NCBI GenBank assembly: GCA_965237935.1
Contig: CBDEGW010000004.1
Coordinates: forward strand, 477,340-541,339
Length of the DNA stretch: 64,000 nucleotides
Source of the DNA: Dehalococcoidia bacterium
GTDB taxonomy: Bacteria; Chloroflexota; Dehalococcoidia; Lucifugimonadales; CBDEGW01
Direction: 5' to 3'
Position numbers and translations under genes: made by a program. The notes beneath the pieces were generated by a model. It was not told the origin of the DNA, did not search any database, and saw only the letters and a list, made by a program, of their open reading frames with translations. Positions 9,540 to 20,019 of this stretch are shown here, one piece after another (the first letter of the stretch is position 1; each line of letters opens with the position of its first letter).

Positions 9540-10909
9540 CGGCTACGCACTACTCCTATGACTTCGCTGACCAAGTTCAGCCGGTGGAGCTCGACAGCCA
9601 CTACTGGCTGAACGGTCAGCGTTTGTCGCGAGCGTTCTGCCGGGCGCTTAGTGCCAGCTTGGCGGACCTGCTGGACGTAGTCATGGCTGTGTATGCCGCC
9701 GATCGTCGTTCACCGCGCAACTTCAAGGGAGCAGCGGCCGGACATCGGCGTATCAGCGTTCGGATTGGAGTGAGGAATCCCGGACTCTGGTCAGCTGCGG
9801 AGATGGTTGAGAGACTCCAGGATCTGTTGTACTGGCTGAGTGAGGATGAATGGTCCCTTCATTTCGTGCAGCGCCTAGCGGCTCCCTCAGCCGCAGAATC
9901 GGAAAACTTTCTATTCCAAATGGCACCCAGAGAGCCCGTCACGGTGTCCCTGTTCAGCGGCGGCCTTGATTCCCTTGCCGGTTTGGCCTCGCACGCTCTG
10001 GAAGGTTCCGGAGGATCGCGTGTCTTGGTCTCTGGCTATACCAACAACCGGTTGAGGCATCAGCAACGGTCGCAAGTCGATCTCGTTAGGGCCGCATGGG
10101 GACACGCCGAGGCGTTCGAGCACAGCCCTGAAGTGCACCATATAGCCGTCCCCTTCGGCATCCGCAAGCCAATCGGACATCAGGAGGAGAATAGCCAGCG
10201 GACGCGCTCACTTGTATTCCTTACTCTCGGCGTGGTCACGGCGCTGCAAGGAGGCGCCGATACGCTATGGGTCTATGAGAACGGAGTTGGGGCGCTGAAT
10301 CTCCCGATGAATGAAACCCAACTTGGGATGGACAACTCTAGAGGGGTCCACCCACGCTCCCTGGTGCTGGCCGAAGATCTTATTAGTATGGCGCTGGAGC
10401 AATCTGTCCGGATAAGGAACCCCTTCCTGTTCAGCACGAAGGCTCAAATGTGCAAGGCTCTGACCAATAGCGGGTTTGCGGACGCGGTGAGCTATACCGT
10501 CTCTTGTGATGGCTTCCCGCAAAGAATGCACAACCAACCGTCTCAGTGTGGTCGTTGCACTTCCTGCATACTCCGCCGGCAGTCCCTACAAGCCAGTGGC
10601 TTGGCACGGCATGACCAAGGTTACCGCTACGACGTGCTCAGGCCCCAAACGATTAGAGACGAGTGTCATCTGTACGACTTCGAAGCTATGCGTGGCCAAG
10701 TGCACAAGATCGGCCGCTGCCTTGCTACAGAAGACCCTTGGCGCTCGTTGTGCGCTTCGTTTCCTGAACTGGCGAGAACGCATGCGGAGCTTGTGGTACG
10801 CGAAGGGCTTGGGGACCGAACGTATATCGGCGACCGTATGGTCGACTTGTATCGGGGCTATGCCTGGGAGTGGGGGTGGTCCATAGAGTCACTCATCAAA
10901 GCGGCATAG
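9536..10909 (+). CDS. long QueC-family (7-cyano-7-deazaguanine synthase-like) protein, QatC/Cap9-like
   Basis: PP-loop SLFSGGLDS, QRTRSLVFL, YENGVGALNLP, NPFLFSTKAQM, Zn site SC...CGRCTSC; 457 aa with an N-terminal extension of ~135 aa, about twice the size of housekeeping QueC. Confidence 0.9.
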   Translation: MTATHYSYDFADQVQPVELDSHYWLNGQRLSRAFCRALSASLADLLDVVMAVYAADRRSPRNFKGAAAGHRRISVRIGVRNPGLWSAAEMVERLQDLLYWLSEDEWSLHFVQRLAAPSAAESENFLFQMAPREPVTVSLFSGGLDSLAGLASHALEGSGGSRVLVSGYTNNRLRHQQRSQVDLVRAAWGHAEAFEHSPEVHHIAVPFGIRKPIGHQEENSQRTRSLVFLTLGVVTALQGGADTLWVYENGVGALNLPMNETQLGMDNSRGVHPRSLVLAEDLISMALEQSVRIRNPFLFSTKAQMCKALTNSGFADAVSYTVSCDGFPQRMHNQPSQCGRCTSCILRRQSLQASGLARHDQGYRYDVLRPQTIRDECHLYDFEAMRGQVHKIGRCLATEDPWRSLCASFPELARTHAELVVREGLGDRTYIGDRMVDLYRGYAWEWGWSIESLIKAA

Positions 10910-10917
10910 GGGGGGCC

Positions 10918-12147
10918 ATGCAACAACATGCGATTGAGACCACTGACCCAAGGGATCTGGGACGACGTCTCCAGGAAGCTAGGAAAGCCCGAGGCTTTAC
11001 TCAGCAAGAGGTCGCTGAGTCCTTGGCAGTTGCCCGAACGACGGTCACCGCGCTAGAGAAGGGGGAGCGTCGGCCACGGCCTGATGAACTCATACAGATG
11101 GCGCGGCTCTACGGTCGTCAGGTGGGTGATTTTGTTGGTCAGAGGGAGCCCATAGCGGACTTCACGGTGCAATTCCGCACGGCACTCAGAGGACTAGGTT
11201 CCGCAGGTGCTCAAAAGGAGCTGGGTGTGGCAGTCCAGGAATTCCAGAGGCTGTGCGAAGACTATCTGTACCTTGAGAATCTGAACGGCGCACCACTTCG
11301 ACAAGACTATCCCCTCCAATACTCCATTGAGGGAACCACTCCCGAGGATGCCGCTGAGGACGTGGCCTCGTCCGAGCGCAACCGGCTGGGCCTCGGCGAC
11401 GGCCCAGTTCTGCGTTTGAGAGAGACGCTTGAGAGCGATGTGGGTATTCGTGTTTTCTCCATCGAACTGCCTTCCAAAGTCGCAGGCATCTTCTCCTACA
11501 CAGAGGAGCTGGGCGGCTGCATTGCTGTGAACGCTCGACACCCCGAAGAGAGGCGAAGGTGGTCAATGGCTCATGAATACGGCCATTTCCTGACGCGGCG
11601 ATACCAGTCAGAGGTATCCCTGCTGGGCATTTACAGCCGTGTTCCTGCTGCCGAGAGGTTCGCCGACGCCTTCGCTTGCTCTATGCTGATGCCATCTGTC
11701 GGTCTTCGGCGGAGGTTCAATGACCTATCCCGCGCGGTGGACGGTAGGGTCACCGTAGCGGATGTATGCCGGCTCGCTCACTACTACTTCGTCTCCGTGG
11801 AAGCGATGATGCTTCGTTTGGAGGACCTCCGTCTTCTTCCTGGAGGCACCTGGGATAGGCTACGGGATAGGGGCTTCAAGGTCAGGGAGGCCCAGGCGGA
11901 ACTGGGTTTGTCTCCTCGTTCTTCTGACGACAGAGTCCTCCCACTTCGCTATCAACTCTTGGCCGTTCGGGCCTATGAGGAAGGGAGCCTTACCGAGGGC
12001 GAATTGGCTCGGCTTCTGCGGGTTGACCGAGTGTCGGCGAGACGGATAGTCCAGGAACTAACCCATCCTATTCACCTACTTAGTGAAGGCGAGGTCGGTT
12101 CACTCCCCGTTGATCTTGCCAGCAGCATTAGCGGACAACACCCGTGA
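10918..12147 (+). CDS. XRE-family HTH fused to ImmA/IrrE (DUF955) Zn-metallopeptidase
   Basis: LGRRLQEARKARGFTQQEVAESLAVARTTVTALEKGERRP HTH; HEYGH zincin motif; ERFADAFA; ATG 9 bp after the QueC stop. Confidence 0.92.
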   Translation: MQQHAIETTDPRDLGRRLQEARKARGFTQQEVAESLAVARTTVTALEKGERRPRPDELIQMARLYGRQVGDFVGQREPIADFTVQFRTALRGLGSAGAQKELGVAVQEFQRLCEDYLYLENLNGAPLRQDYPLQYSIEGTTPEDAAEDVASSERNRLGLGDGPVLRLRETLESDVGIRVFSIELPSKVAGIFSYTEELGGCIAVNARHPEERRRWSMAHEYGHFLTRRYQSEVSLLGIYSRVPAAERFADAFACSMLMPSVGLRRRFNDLSRAVDGRVTVADVCRLAHYYFVSVEAMMLRLEDLRLLPGGTWDRLRDRGFKVREAQAELGLSPRSSDDRVLPLRYQLLAVRAYEEGSLTEGELARLLRVDRVSARRIVQELTHPIHLLSEGEVGSLPVDLASSISGQHP

Positions 12148-12162
12148 TGAGGGCCGACCACC

Positions 12163-12732
12163 GTGACGAATCCTCCACGACCTCTTCTCCTCGACGCTAG
12201 CTGCCTTCTCAATCTCTACGCAACTGGACGACTGCGGGAGATTGCCGCCGCTCTGCTCTATCAACTTGGCGTGGCCGATTACGTACTTGAACGAGAAGCT
12301 CTTTACACTTGGGTTCCAGACCCTGCCGGGACTGGTGAGCGCAAGGAACCAGTGGACCTTTCTTCGCTTGTGCGTGAGGGACTGTTTCACGTGTTGCGGT
12401 TAGAACACTCAGAGGAAGAAGTCACCTTTGTGGACCTTGCCGCCTCGATTGACGACGGGGAGGCAATAACAGGCGCCCTTGCCTTCCACCGCGGTTGCTC
12501 AGTGGCCACCGATGATCGCAAGGCGCACCGCGTTCTTCAGGAGCAGGTTCCCACAGTGCCATTAGTATCTACTCTTGAACTCCTCAAGCTATGGGCCGAG
12601 GAGGCCTCAATTCCAGATACTGAATTGCAAGCCGCAATGATGTCGATGAAGTCATGGGCCAGTTACATACCTGGAGACCGTGACCCTCTTTATGTGTGGT
12701 GGCAAGAGATCATGCACGGCAGTGCGTCCTAA
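12163..12732 (+). CDS. PIN-domain protein (putative RNase)
   Basis: LLLDASCLLNL, DDGEAIT, ATDDRKA PIN acidic motifs; starts 15 bp after the peptidase gene. Confidence 0.8.
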   Translation: MTNPPRPLLLDASCLLNLYATGRLREIAAALLYQLGVADYVLEREALYTWVPDPAGTGERKEPVDLSSLVREGLFHVLRLEHSEEEVTFVDLAASIDDGEAITGALAFHRGCSVATDDRKAHRVLQEQVPTVPLVSTLELLKLWAEEASIPDTELQAAMMSMKSWASYIPGDRDPLYVWWQEIMHGSAS

Positions 12733-12922
12733 CTCAGAATCCTCCCCGTGCATGTCCGAGTGAGAAGAACCCACACGGTTTGCTCCCACTAGTCGTCGAC
12801 CGTTTCAACTGTTGTTTTCACCGGCGACATGGCTCTCGCACCAACCAGCAGGGGCGGTGGAAACCCTTCGAGGCAGGTCCTAGAACCTTCGAACTTTCCT
12901 CTACGTTGTTCAGGGCAACCTT

Positions 12923-13083
12923 GATTCCCTCGCAAAAACCCGTTTTGAGGAAGTTCCAGCGATTTAGCACATCTGAGCGCTACCGTATGTTGGGGTAGCA
13001 TACGGAACAGAGACTGTATATTGTACCCAGGTGTGGGTACGTTTGTTCTAATTCGGCCTGCACAGACTTTTTACGAGAGAATC
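12923..13083 (+). mobile_element. 161-bp MITE, copy 1
   Basis: TIR GATTCCCTCGCAAAAA / TTTTTACGAGAGAATC; 6-bp direct repeat AACCTT (12917-12922 and 13084-13089); near-identical to 30431-30591 inverted. Confidence 0.9.
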
Positions 13084-13242
13084 AACCTTGCGCTTCCCCA
13101 GTCGCGCTCCGGCCGCACAGCACCAGGAATCCCTCGCCCCTACCACAAAACGACTTCGTATACAAGGGCTTGCAAGGCCTTACCCTGGACGAATTTCCCG
13201 TTCAAAATGAGATGTTGGGCCATTGCCGACTGGAGCAGTTGA

Positions 13243-13661
13243 TTGGTCGTCGCGGAGCCAAGAACACAACCATTGAACGGCACGACACAGGCCGGACCGG
13301 ACCTCGAGGAGGCGATCCGGGACTACGTGCGTGTCTACGTGTGGCGGCATGGGCGGCGGGAGACAGCCGAGGTCCTCGGCGTGTCCCGCCACACCCTCTG
13401 GCGCTTCCTCGAACGGGGCCACGTGGGGCGTGCCGTGCCCTCCGCCGTCCAGAACGCTGTCGGCGGGAGCGTCACGGCGCTCGAGGCGGCCACGCTGGAA
13501 ATCATCATCGACTTAGAGGGCCTGCGACCGGACCCCGCCCTGCGTCACCTGCGCCAGGGACTTGAGGAGGCGCTCCTGCTGCTCTGCGCATCGCCCCTGG
13601 CCACCGTGGAGGAGCTGTCGCGCTTCGGGCGCGTTCCGGCCTCCACGCTGAGAGAGCGTCT
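13243..13661 (+). pseudogene. truncated HTH-containing mobile-element protein N-terminus
   Basis: RRETAEVLGVSRHTLWRFLERG HTH; a second HTH-like ATVEELSRFGRVPASTLRERL ends abruptly at the recombinase junction. Confidence 0.45.
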
Positions 13662-13721
13662 TGGCAAGACTTATCCACGACGTTGGCCATCAAGCCACGG
13701 ATCTGCTCCAGTTCGGAGCCA

Positions 13722-15181
13722 TCCGCAGGATGATAGACGAGGCCAAAAAGACCAAGGCCCCTTTCAACGAGATACTCGTCTGGAAATTCTCCCGCTTCAC
13801 CCGCAAGCGGGAGCACGCCGTCGCCCTGAAGTCCATGCTCCGGCGCCAGGGCGTCCGCGTCGTCTCCATAACCGAGCAGGCCGAGGACAACCCCACGGGC
13901 AGGCTCCTGGAAGGCATCATCGAGAGCGTGGACGAATTCTACAGCGAAAATCTTGGCCAGGAGGTCGTGCGGGGTATGAGGGAGGCCTCATCCAGGGGAT
14001 TCTGGGTCGCTCCCATGGCCCCCTACGGCTACAAGAGGGTCAAGGTGCTGGACGGGGCCAAGGAGAGGCCCACCCTGGAACCCGACGAGGACGCCGCCCT
14101 TGTCGTCAAGCGCATCTTCGACCTGGCCGAGTCCCGCAAGGGGATGCTGAAGATCGTCCGCATCCTCAACGACGAGGGGATCGCCAGCCCCAGGGGTAAG
14201 CTCTGGAACAAGCCCACCGTCCACAACATCCTCAGAAACGAGGCTTATTTGGGCACACTGGTCTGGGGCAACAACGCCAAGGACAACGCCGACCCGGTGC
14301 GGGTGGAAAAGGCGTTCCCCGCCGTCGTCACCAAGGCCCAGTTTGACCGGGTGAACAGGATAATGCGCTCCCGCGCACCCAAGATCACCCACCCCCGAAG
14401 GGTGGGAAGCTCCTTCCTGCTGAGCGGCCTCATCAAGTGCTACAGGTGCAAGAGGGCGCTCTCGGGCCGCTACTCCAGCAGGGGGACGTTCCCCTACTAT
14501 GTATGCCACTCCTTCGTCAAGCGCGCCCCCGGCGCCTGCGATTCGCCCAGGGTGGACGCCCGCCAATTCGAGGAGCTGGTCGTCAACTCGATTCGCTCCA
14601 ACATCCTCACCGAGGGCAACATTCGGAACCTGGTCAAGGTCGTGGACGAGCAGATGGACGACGTGGCCGGCGAGGAGCGCAAGCGGCTGGAGACCATCGA
14701 GTCGGAGCTTGCCGACGTGCGGGGCAGGCTCGACTGGCTCTACGACCTCGTGGAGACGACGACCGAGTTCAACATGGCCGACTTCGCCCATCGTATCCGA
14801 GACCACAAGGAGCGCCAGCAGCGCCTTGAGTCCGCCGCGGAGGGGGCGAGGGCAATCCTGGCTCAGCGCAGGGCGGTCCTCGACGACGTCAAGACCATCA
14901 CCGCCTACGCCCAGGACATGAACAGGTTCCTGCAAAAGAGCGAGCTGACCGAGCGCAGGGCCTTCATCGAGACCTTCGTCAGGGAGATCGAGCTCCTGCC
15001 CGACAACGCCGTCGTCCGCTACACCATCCCCATTTCTCAATCGACACCAAAAACTGAGCTATTCTTGGGCGGTCGATTTGGACACAACCAAGTAAGGTCA
15101 GGCGGATCGACAGGTGGGCGTGCCACCTCAACCCTGATAGCCGGTTCGATCCCTCACAGATGGGCCCTCCTTGACGGTTAG
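13722..15181 (+). pseudogene. large serine recombinase, 5'-truncated (copy 1)
   Basis: VWKFSRFTR, SVDEFYSENLGQEVVRGM, PYGYK, Zn ribbon CYRC...YYVC, coiled coil; lacks the N-terminal YARVS catalytic serine motif. Confidence 0.85.
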
Positions 15182-15328
15182 CAGCAACCCAACTATCAGT
15201 CTCCCCGGATTCTGCGCGCTGCCGGTCTTTGTGTTGAATTGGCTGCCATACGAGGCGAATGCAGCTTGAGGTCATCACGGCTCCATTGATGGCATATCAG
15301 CAGCGCGATTCTAGCCCTCCTTCCGCAG

Positions 15329-15865
15329 CTAGTTCTGCTCCCCTTCCGGCGAGAAGGGATCCTGCTCACTAACCAACGCCTGTGACTCCACGATGGACAA
15401 TCCCCGACTGGTCTTGTCGCCCCAGAGACTCTTTACGTACGTGAGCACTTCGATTATCTGCTCATGGCTGAGCCGGTCACCAAATGCCGGCATGGCACTC
15501 TTGAAGCCCGGATAACTAGGGTCTTCCAGCATCTTTCCGCCCTGGCTGACAATTTCGTACAGGAGGCCGTCCGCATGGTGCCAGGTGTGCCCATCGCCAT
15601 TCAGAGGTGGTGGCGGCAGGGTGTCATCCGTCTTCCTGACATGCCAGTCGGGCTGACCCTCGCCATCGGCTCCATGACAGGCAGCACAATTTGAGGCGAA
15701 TATCTCCCCGCCAGTAGGGGCAACCTCCACTGTTGAAGTGTTGCCGGGTGCTGGTATGTCTTCGCCAGGAGAAGACGAGCAGGCAACCACCAAGACTGAG
15801 GCGAGCACCAGTATGGCAAGAGCGGCAAAGGACAGTTTGAGTTTCACGGTGCTGACCTTACTCAT
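15329..15865 (-). CDS. cytochrome c lipoprotein (mono-heme)
   Basis: Lipobox LVVAC, CAACH heme motif, PPLNGDGHTWHH, MPAFG distal Met. Confidence 0.88.
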   Translation of the reverse strand: MSKVSTVKLKLSFAALAILVLASVLVVACSSSPGEDIPAPGNTSTVEVAPTGGEIFASNCAACHGADGEGQPDWHVRKTDDTLPPPPLNGDGHTWHHADGLLYEIVSQGGKMLEDPSYPGFKSAMPAFGDRLSHEQIIEVLTYVKSLWGDKTSRGLSIVESQALVSEQDPFSPEGEQN

Positions 15866-16131
15866 GCTCTCCTCGATGACCAGCTCCACATTTCTCATGC
15901 GTTTAGCCTCCCCGTGCAACTTGTACCTCCTGATAGGGGGCCTTTGCTCCCGACCCCGTTCTCCCCCGGTGCGCAACTTGCCCCTTTCAACTTCGGCCCC
16001 TGCGCTCACGACGTGGAAGGAACCCCGGAACCAGATATGGCTGAGCGTGCACAATATCGGCAGTCCCGCCCGCCCGCTGACTTACCGTCGCAGTTGGTGT
16101 AAGGTTCTGGATATTGTGTAGTTTGGTGGAA

Positions 16132-18321
16132 TTATCTCTCCAATATGATGTCGCTCATCTTCGCGTCAAGCATCGTCGCTGCTCTTTGAACTGAGACGCT
16201 GGGTTGTGTGCCAGGCAGACTGTAGGAGTACACGACTCCGACGAGGTTTCCGCGCCTGAACATGATGAGTTCTACTCGTAGCCGTGTTCCTTCGGTGGTG
16301 AATTCTAGATATGCGCCAAACGAGTTGGCGCCTACCGTCGACGAATCCAGCAATCCACTCTCATGAAGCTCGACACCCTCTTGGCCTGCACTTTCCGTGG
16401 AAAGGAATCCTTGCACTACGTCATCCAGAATCGTATCAGACGACATCTCCAGATCTAGCGCCTTACGCTCAGGTTCGCTAATCTGTCCACTTGCCGCCAT
16501 AATCATCTCGAATGGATCTGCGTTGAGGAAAACTGCAAGATCCCTGAAGTAGTACTCCAATCCCAACGCTTCAATCGAGAGTTCTAGGTCTGCTGGTTCC
16601 ACTCCTTCAAATGAGGCAGGCAGCCCCGCGAAGGCCGACCTCAGTTCAGCCAGCCGGAAATCGGAGGGTGTACCTGTGGTAGAGGTAGCATCTAGTTCCC
16701 CGAATAGGGAGGCACGCGTCATTGACGTCGTTGTCGCATCCGGGCCAGCCGAATCCATTGTGATGACGTATCCGCCGGGAGCGTAAAGGTTGGCGGCCTC
16801 CACAACCAGAAAGTAGCTCCCCGTATGAGACGCTCGATAGATGATCATTGAATCGAGGCCGAACAAGCCGCCCCCGCTGTCGTCATCAATGATTATCTGT
16901 TCATCTACCGCTCCCACATAGTCAATAGTGAGGAAGGTGTCAACCAGGGTCGATCGCGCTACAATCTCAATTGTCTCTCCTTCCTTTAGATGAACGAATA
17001 GGTAGTCAATGTCCCCGGGGAAGTCTATGTTCCCCTGAACGGATTGTCCTACTTGGATTTGCCTGCCATCGTCCGGGTCGTGGAGGGGTATCAACCGGCG
17101 GTTACCAGTAAAAGTGAAGTCACCTGGTGTCTCTGACAATTGCCATGCAATCAAAAAGTGAGGCCCATCGTATTCGGTGACAAGCGAACCAACCTCAGCA
17201 CCTGTGCTTTCATCGTCGAGATAAAGCAGCTCCGTACCAAAGGAGTCGTATGCCGTGAGTGCGCCGTCGTTTTCGCCAGTAAACTCGAAGTCGATCACCG
17301 TTCCAGACGGCTCGTTGACCACATAGGCGCGCTGGGTCCAAAAGTTCCGCAATGCAACTTCGTGGCTTAAGTCTCCTCCTTCCAGAGAGACGCGCCTGCC
17401 ACCTAGTCCAGACGGGTCCCCGCCAGTGATGATCTGCCTGACCCTCGGCGAGATGTCGGCCGATGATGCAACAATTCCGAAATTCCCTTCTGTGAACGCT
17501 AAGCCGCTGATGCCGATCACTTCACCCATGTTCGAAACGGCCGCTCCTCCGCTCTGGCCACCTATAACGGGGGCGTCAGTCTGAAGATAGGTGATTCCAA
17601 TAGATTCCCACTCTCGGACACGAGAGAGCAGGCCCCGTGCAATTGTTGGCTGAGGGAACTCTTCGACCTCGCCTGGGTACCCGATCAAAAACATATCTGT
17701 GCCTATGGGCAAGCTCTCACCATCGACTAGCGCCAGGGTATCAGTGGGCGCATCAATGGGCCCGAGCACTGCCAAGTCTGCCAGCAGGTCCCAGCCCTTC
17801 ACCGGTACCCCGTGGAACTCTGAACCATCAGGGAATACGACGCGCACGGTATCGAATGGCCAGACTACGTGCGCGTTTGTTACTACGTATCCGCCATCTA
17901 TCAGTACGCCACTGCCTGTGCCAGTCACTGTTTCTATGAATGCGATGGACGGAGAAACCTTATCGAAAATCTGGGGGGGAGTGAGTGGCCCCGGCGTGGC
18001 CGTGGGTTCTGGAGGTGGCGTGGCCGTGGGTTCTGGAGTCGGCGTGGCCGTGGGTTCTGGAGTCGGCGTGGCTGTGGGTTCTGGAGTCGGCGTGGCTGTG
18101 GCCGTCGCAGTTGGTATCGAGGTGAGCGTGACAGACGGCGTAGGGGTCGATGCTGCTAGTGGAGTAGGCGTGTTGGTCGGTTGCGTTGTAGCTGTGGGTA
18201 CGGGCTCGTCATCACACGCCGCCAGGAGAGCAGCGGTCGCCACACAGATCAGGACGACGCACACGACCCGGCGGCATGCCGGTGGTAGTTTGGGACCTAC
18301 CAAGCGACAAGTTACTGCCAT
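16132..18321 (-). CDS. trypsin-like (S1C) serine protease lipoprotein with Pro/Thr linker and PPC-like domains
   Basis: Lipobox LLAAC; TNAHVV, ADLAVL, GGQSGG triad motifs; DDDSGGGL..S PPC motif. Confidence 0.88.
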   Translation of the reverse strand: MAVTCRLVGPKLPPACRRVVCVVLICVATAALLAACDDEPVPTATTQPTNTPTPLAASTPTPSVTLTSIPTATATATPTPEPTATPTPEPTATPTPEPTATPPPEPTATPGPLTPPQIFDKVSPSIAFIETVTGTGSGVLIDGGYVVTNAHVVWPFDTVRVVFPDGSEFHGVPVKGWDLLADLAVLGPIDAPTDTLALVDGESLPIGTDMFLIGYPGEVEEFPQPTIARGLLSRVREWESIGITYLQTDAPVIGGQSGGAAVSNMGEVIGISGLAFTEGNFGIVASSADISPRVRQIITGGDPSGLGGRRVSLEGGDLSHEVALRNFWTQRAYVVNEPSGTVIDFEFTGENDGALTAYDSFGTELLYLDDESTGAEVGSLVTEYDGPHFLIAWQLSETPGDFTFTGNRRLIPLHDPDDGRQIQVGQSVQGNIDFPGDIDYLFVHLKEGETIEIVARSTLVDTFLTIDYVGAVDEQIIIDDDSGGGLFGLDSMIIYRASHTGSYFLVVEAANLYAPGGYVITMDSAGPDATTTSMTRASLFGELDATSTTGTPSDFRLAELRSAFAGLPASFEGVEPADLELSIEALGLEYYFRDLAVFLNADPFEMIMAASGQISEPERKALDLEMSSDTILDDVVQGFLSTESAGQEGVELHESGLLDSSTVGANSFGAYLEFTTEGTRLRVELIMFRRGNLVGVVYSYSLPGTQPSVSVQRAATMLDAKMSDIILER
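17993..18100. repeat. 24-bp tandem repeat (about 4.5 units) encoding the TPEPTATP linker
   Basis: GGCGTGGCYGTGGGTTCTGGAGKY units inside the protease gene. Confidence 0.9.
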
Positions 18322-18551
18322 ACCGTATCCACTGCCATCGTGTGCTCAATCCCCACAGCTGCCTTTACATCAGGTCGTATTCCCTATTCGCTTTCGCTGT
18401 TGAGTATGGCTATTGACATCCCAAATTATAGCAGGCTGCGGAAAAACTCTGTTGTTTACTGGGGGTCCGAAATAGCCCAACGATAAACGTCGCCTAATTG
18501 CGTTTGCCGAATGAATGGTGCGATGTTGACTATGATGTGACGAATGCCGTC

Positions 18552-19924
18552 GAGTAGAGTCCCAGGAAGTGGTGTAAGAGGGAGAGGGTCTGGAGAAAGA
18601 GAGACCACCGAGTCATCCTTAGCGGGCAAAGAAGAAAGCTCGAGAAAGGAGGACAACAGTGGTCAAGGAAAGGATGGACCTGCTGGAGCTATTGCGCAAG
18701 GGGGGAATGGACGGTGACGTGGACTTCCTACGGGAGGCACTGAGAGTGCTGGTAGAGGGGATCATGGATGCGGAGGTGTCATCGAGGATCGGTGCTGAGT
18801 ATGGAGAACGCAGCCCTGAGCGGGTGACCCAGCGCAACGGGTATCGGTCCCGGGCGTGGGATACCCGTGTAGGGACGATGGATCTGCACATCCCGAAGCT
18901 TCGAGAGGGGAGCTACTTCCCGAGCCTGCTGGAGCCACGGCGTCGCAGCGAGCGAGCTCTGCTGGCGGTGATCCAGCAGGCCTACGTGGAAGGTGTATCC
19001 ACAAGGCGGGTGGACGATCTGGTCAAGGCCCTGGGGTGTGAGGGTATCTCCAAGAGCCAGGTGTCGCGCATCTGTCAGGAACTGGACGTGGTGGTGGATG
19101 GTTTCATGGGCCGTCCGCTGGACGGTGGACCCTACCCCTACCTGTGGCTGGACGCACTGACCCAGAAGGTCAGGGAGGCCGGCAGGATCGTCAACGTCAG
19201 CGTGGTGGTGGCGACGGCGGTCAATGGCGAGGGCAAGCGGGAGATCATCGGGATGGACGTGGGTACGAGTGAAGACGGCGCCTTCTGGCTGGCCTTCCTA
19301 CGCTCGCTGTCCGCCAGGGGCCTCGGCGGGGTGGAACTGGTGGTATCGGACGCTCATCAGGGACTCCGAGGCGCCATCGCCGCAGTCTTCGGCGGAGCCA
19401 GCTGGCAACGGTGCCGCACCCACTTCATGACCAACCTGCTCACTCGGGTCCCCAGGCGCGCCCAGCCATGGGTAGCCACCATGGTGCGCACCATCTACCA
19501 GCAACCCTCCCCCGATGAGGTACACGCCCAACTCGACAGGGTGACCGATCAACTCCAGAACCGGTTCCCTCAGGTCGCCTCTCTACTGGACGAGGCCGGA
19601 CCCGACATCCTGGCCTTCTCCAACTTCCCACTCGCCCACTGGAAGAAGATCTGGTCCAACAACCCACAGGAGCGTCTCAACAAGGAGATCCGGCGACGCA
19701 CCGATGTGGTGGGCATCTTCCCTAACCGGCCGGCCGTGCGCCGCCTCGTTGGCGCCGTCCTGGCTGAGCAGCACGACGAATGGGCCGTTGGCCGTCGATA
19801 TCTCACACCTGTCGTGCTGACCTTCAACGAAGCTCTTCCAGAGGCCGATCTCGCGGAGGGGACAGCCGCCTAAACAACATCAACAGGATGACGCACTCTT
19901 ACACCACTTGACGGGACGTGACCC
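18552..19924 (+). mobile_element. IS256-family element
   Basis: 29-bp imperfect IRs ending AAGTGGTGTAAGAG; flanks ATGCCGTC and CCCTGTAG do not match, so no target duplication. Confidence 0.9.
18659..19873 (+). CDS. IS256 (mutator-family) transposase
   Basis: RNGYRSR, GVSTRRV, YLWLDA, SDAHQGL, WQRCRTHF, SNNPQERLNKEIRRR. Confidence 0.96.
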   Translation: MVKERMDLLELLRKGGMDGDVDFLREALRVLVEGIMDAEVSSRIGAEYGERSPERVTQRNGYRSRAWDTRVGTMDLHIPKLREGSYFPSLLEPRRRSERALLAVIQQAYVEGVSTRRVDDLVKALGCEGISKSQVSRICQELDVVVDGFMGRPLDGGPYPYLWLDALTQKVREAGRIVNVSVVVATAVNGEGKREIIGMDVGTSEDGAFWLAFLRSLSARGLGGVELVVSDAHQGLRGAIAAVFGGASWQRCRTHFMTNLLTRVPRRAQPWVATMVRTIYQQPSPDEVHAQLDRVTDQLQNRFPQVASLLDEAGPDILAFSNFPLAHWKKIWSNNPQERLNKEIRRRTDVVGIFPNRPAVRRLVGAVLAEQHDEWAVGRRYLTPVVLTFNEALPEADLAEGTAA

Positions 19925-19996
19925 CCCTGTAGCTCCCTCACCCACCCCCTTCCGCTGTCCTCACGCCGTCCATCCGTGTCCTTCGGTGGATTCGGG
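19925..19996 (+). mobile_element. IS1380 right-end relic (72 bp)
   Basis: Matches 41887-41958 with one mismatch; ends in GGTGGATTCGGG followed by GTAAG. Confidence 0.9.
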
Positions 19997-20019
19997 GTAA
20001 GTTCCAGTGGATGCTCGCA

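Noticed and set aside
9536-10909. Housekeeping queC for queuosine biosynthesis
   Set aside because: About twice the normal length, no queD/E/F nearby, and located in a mobile defence context.
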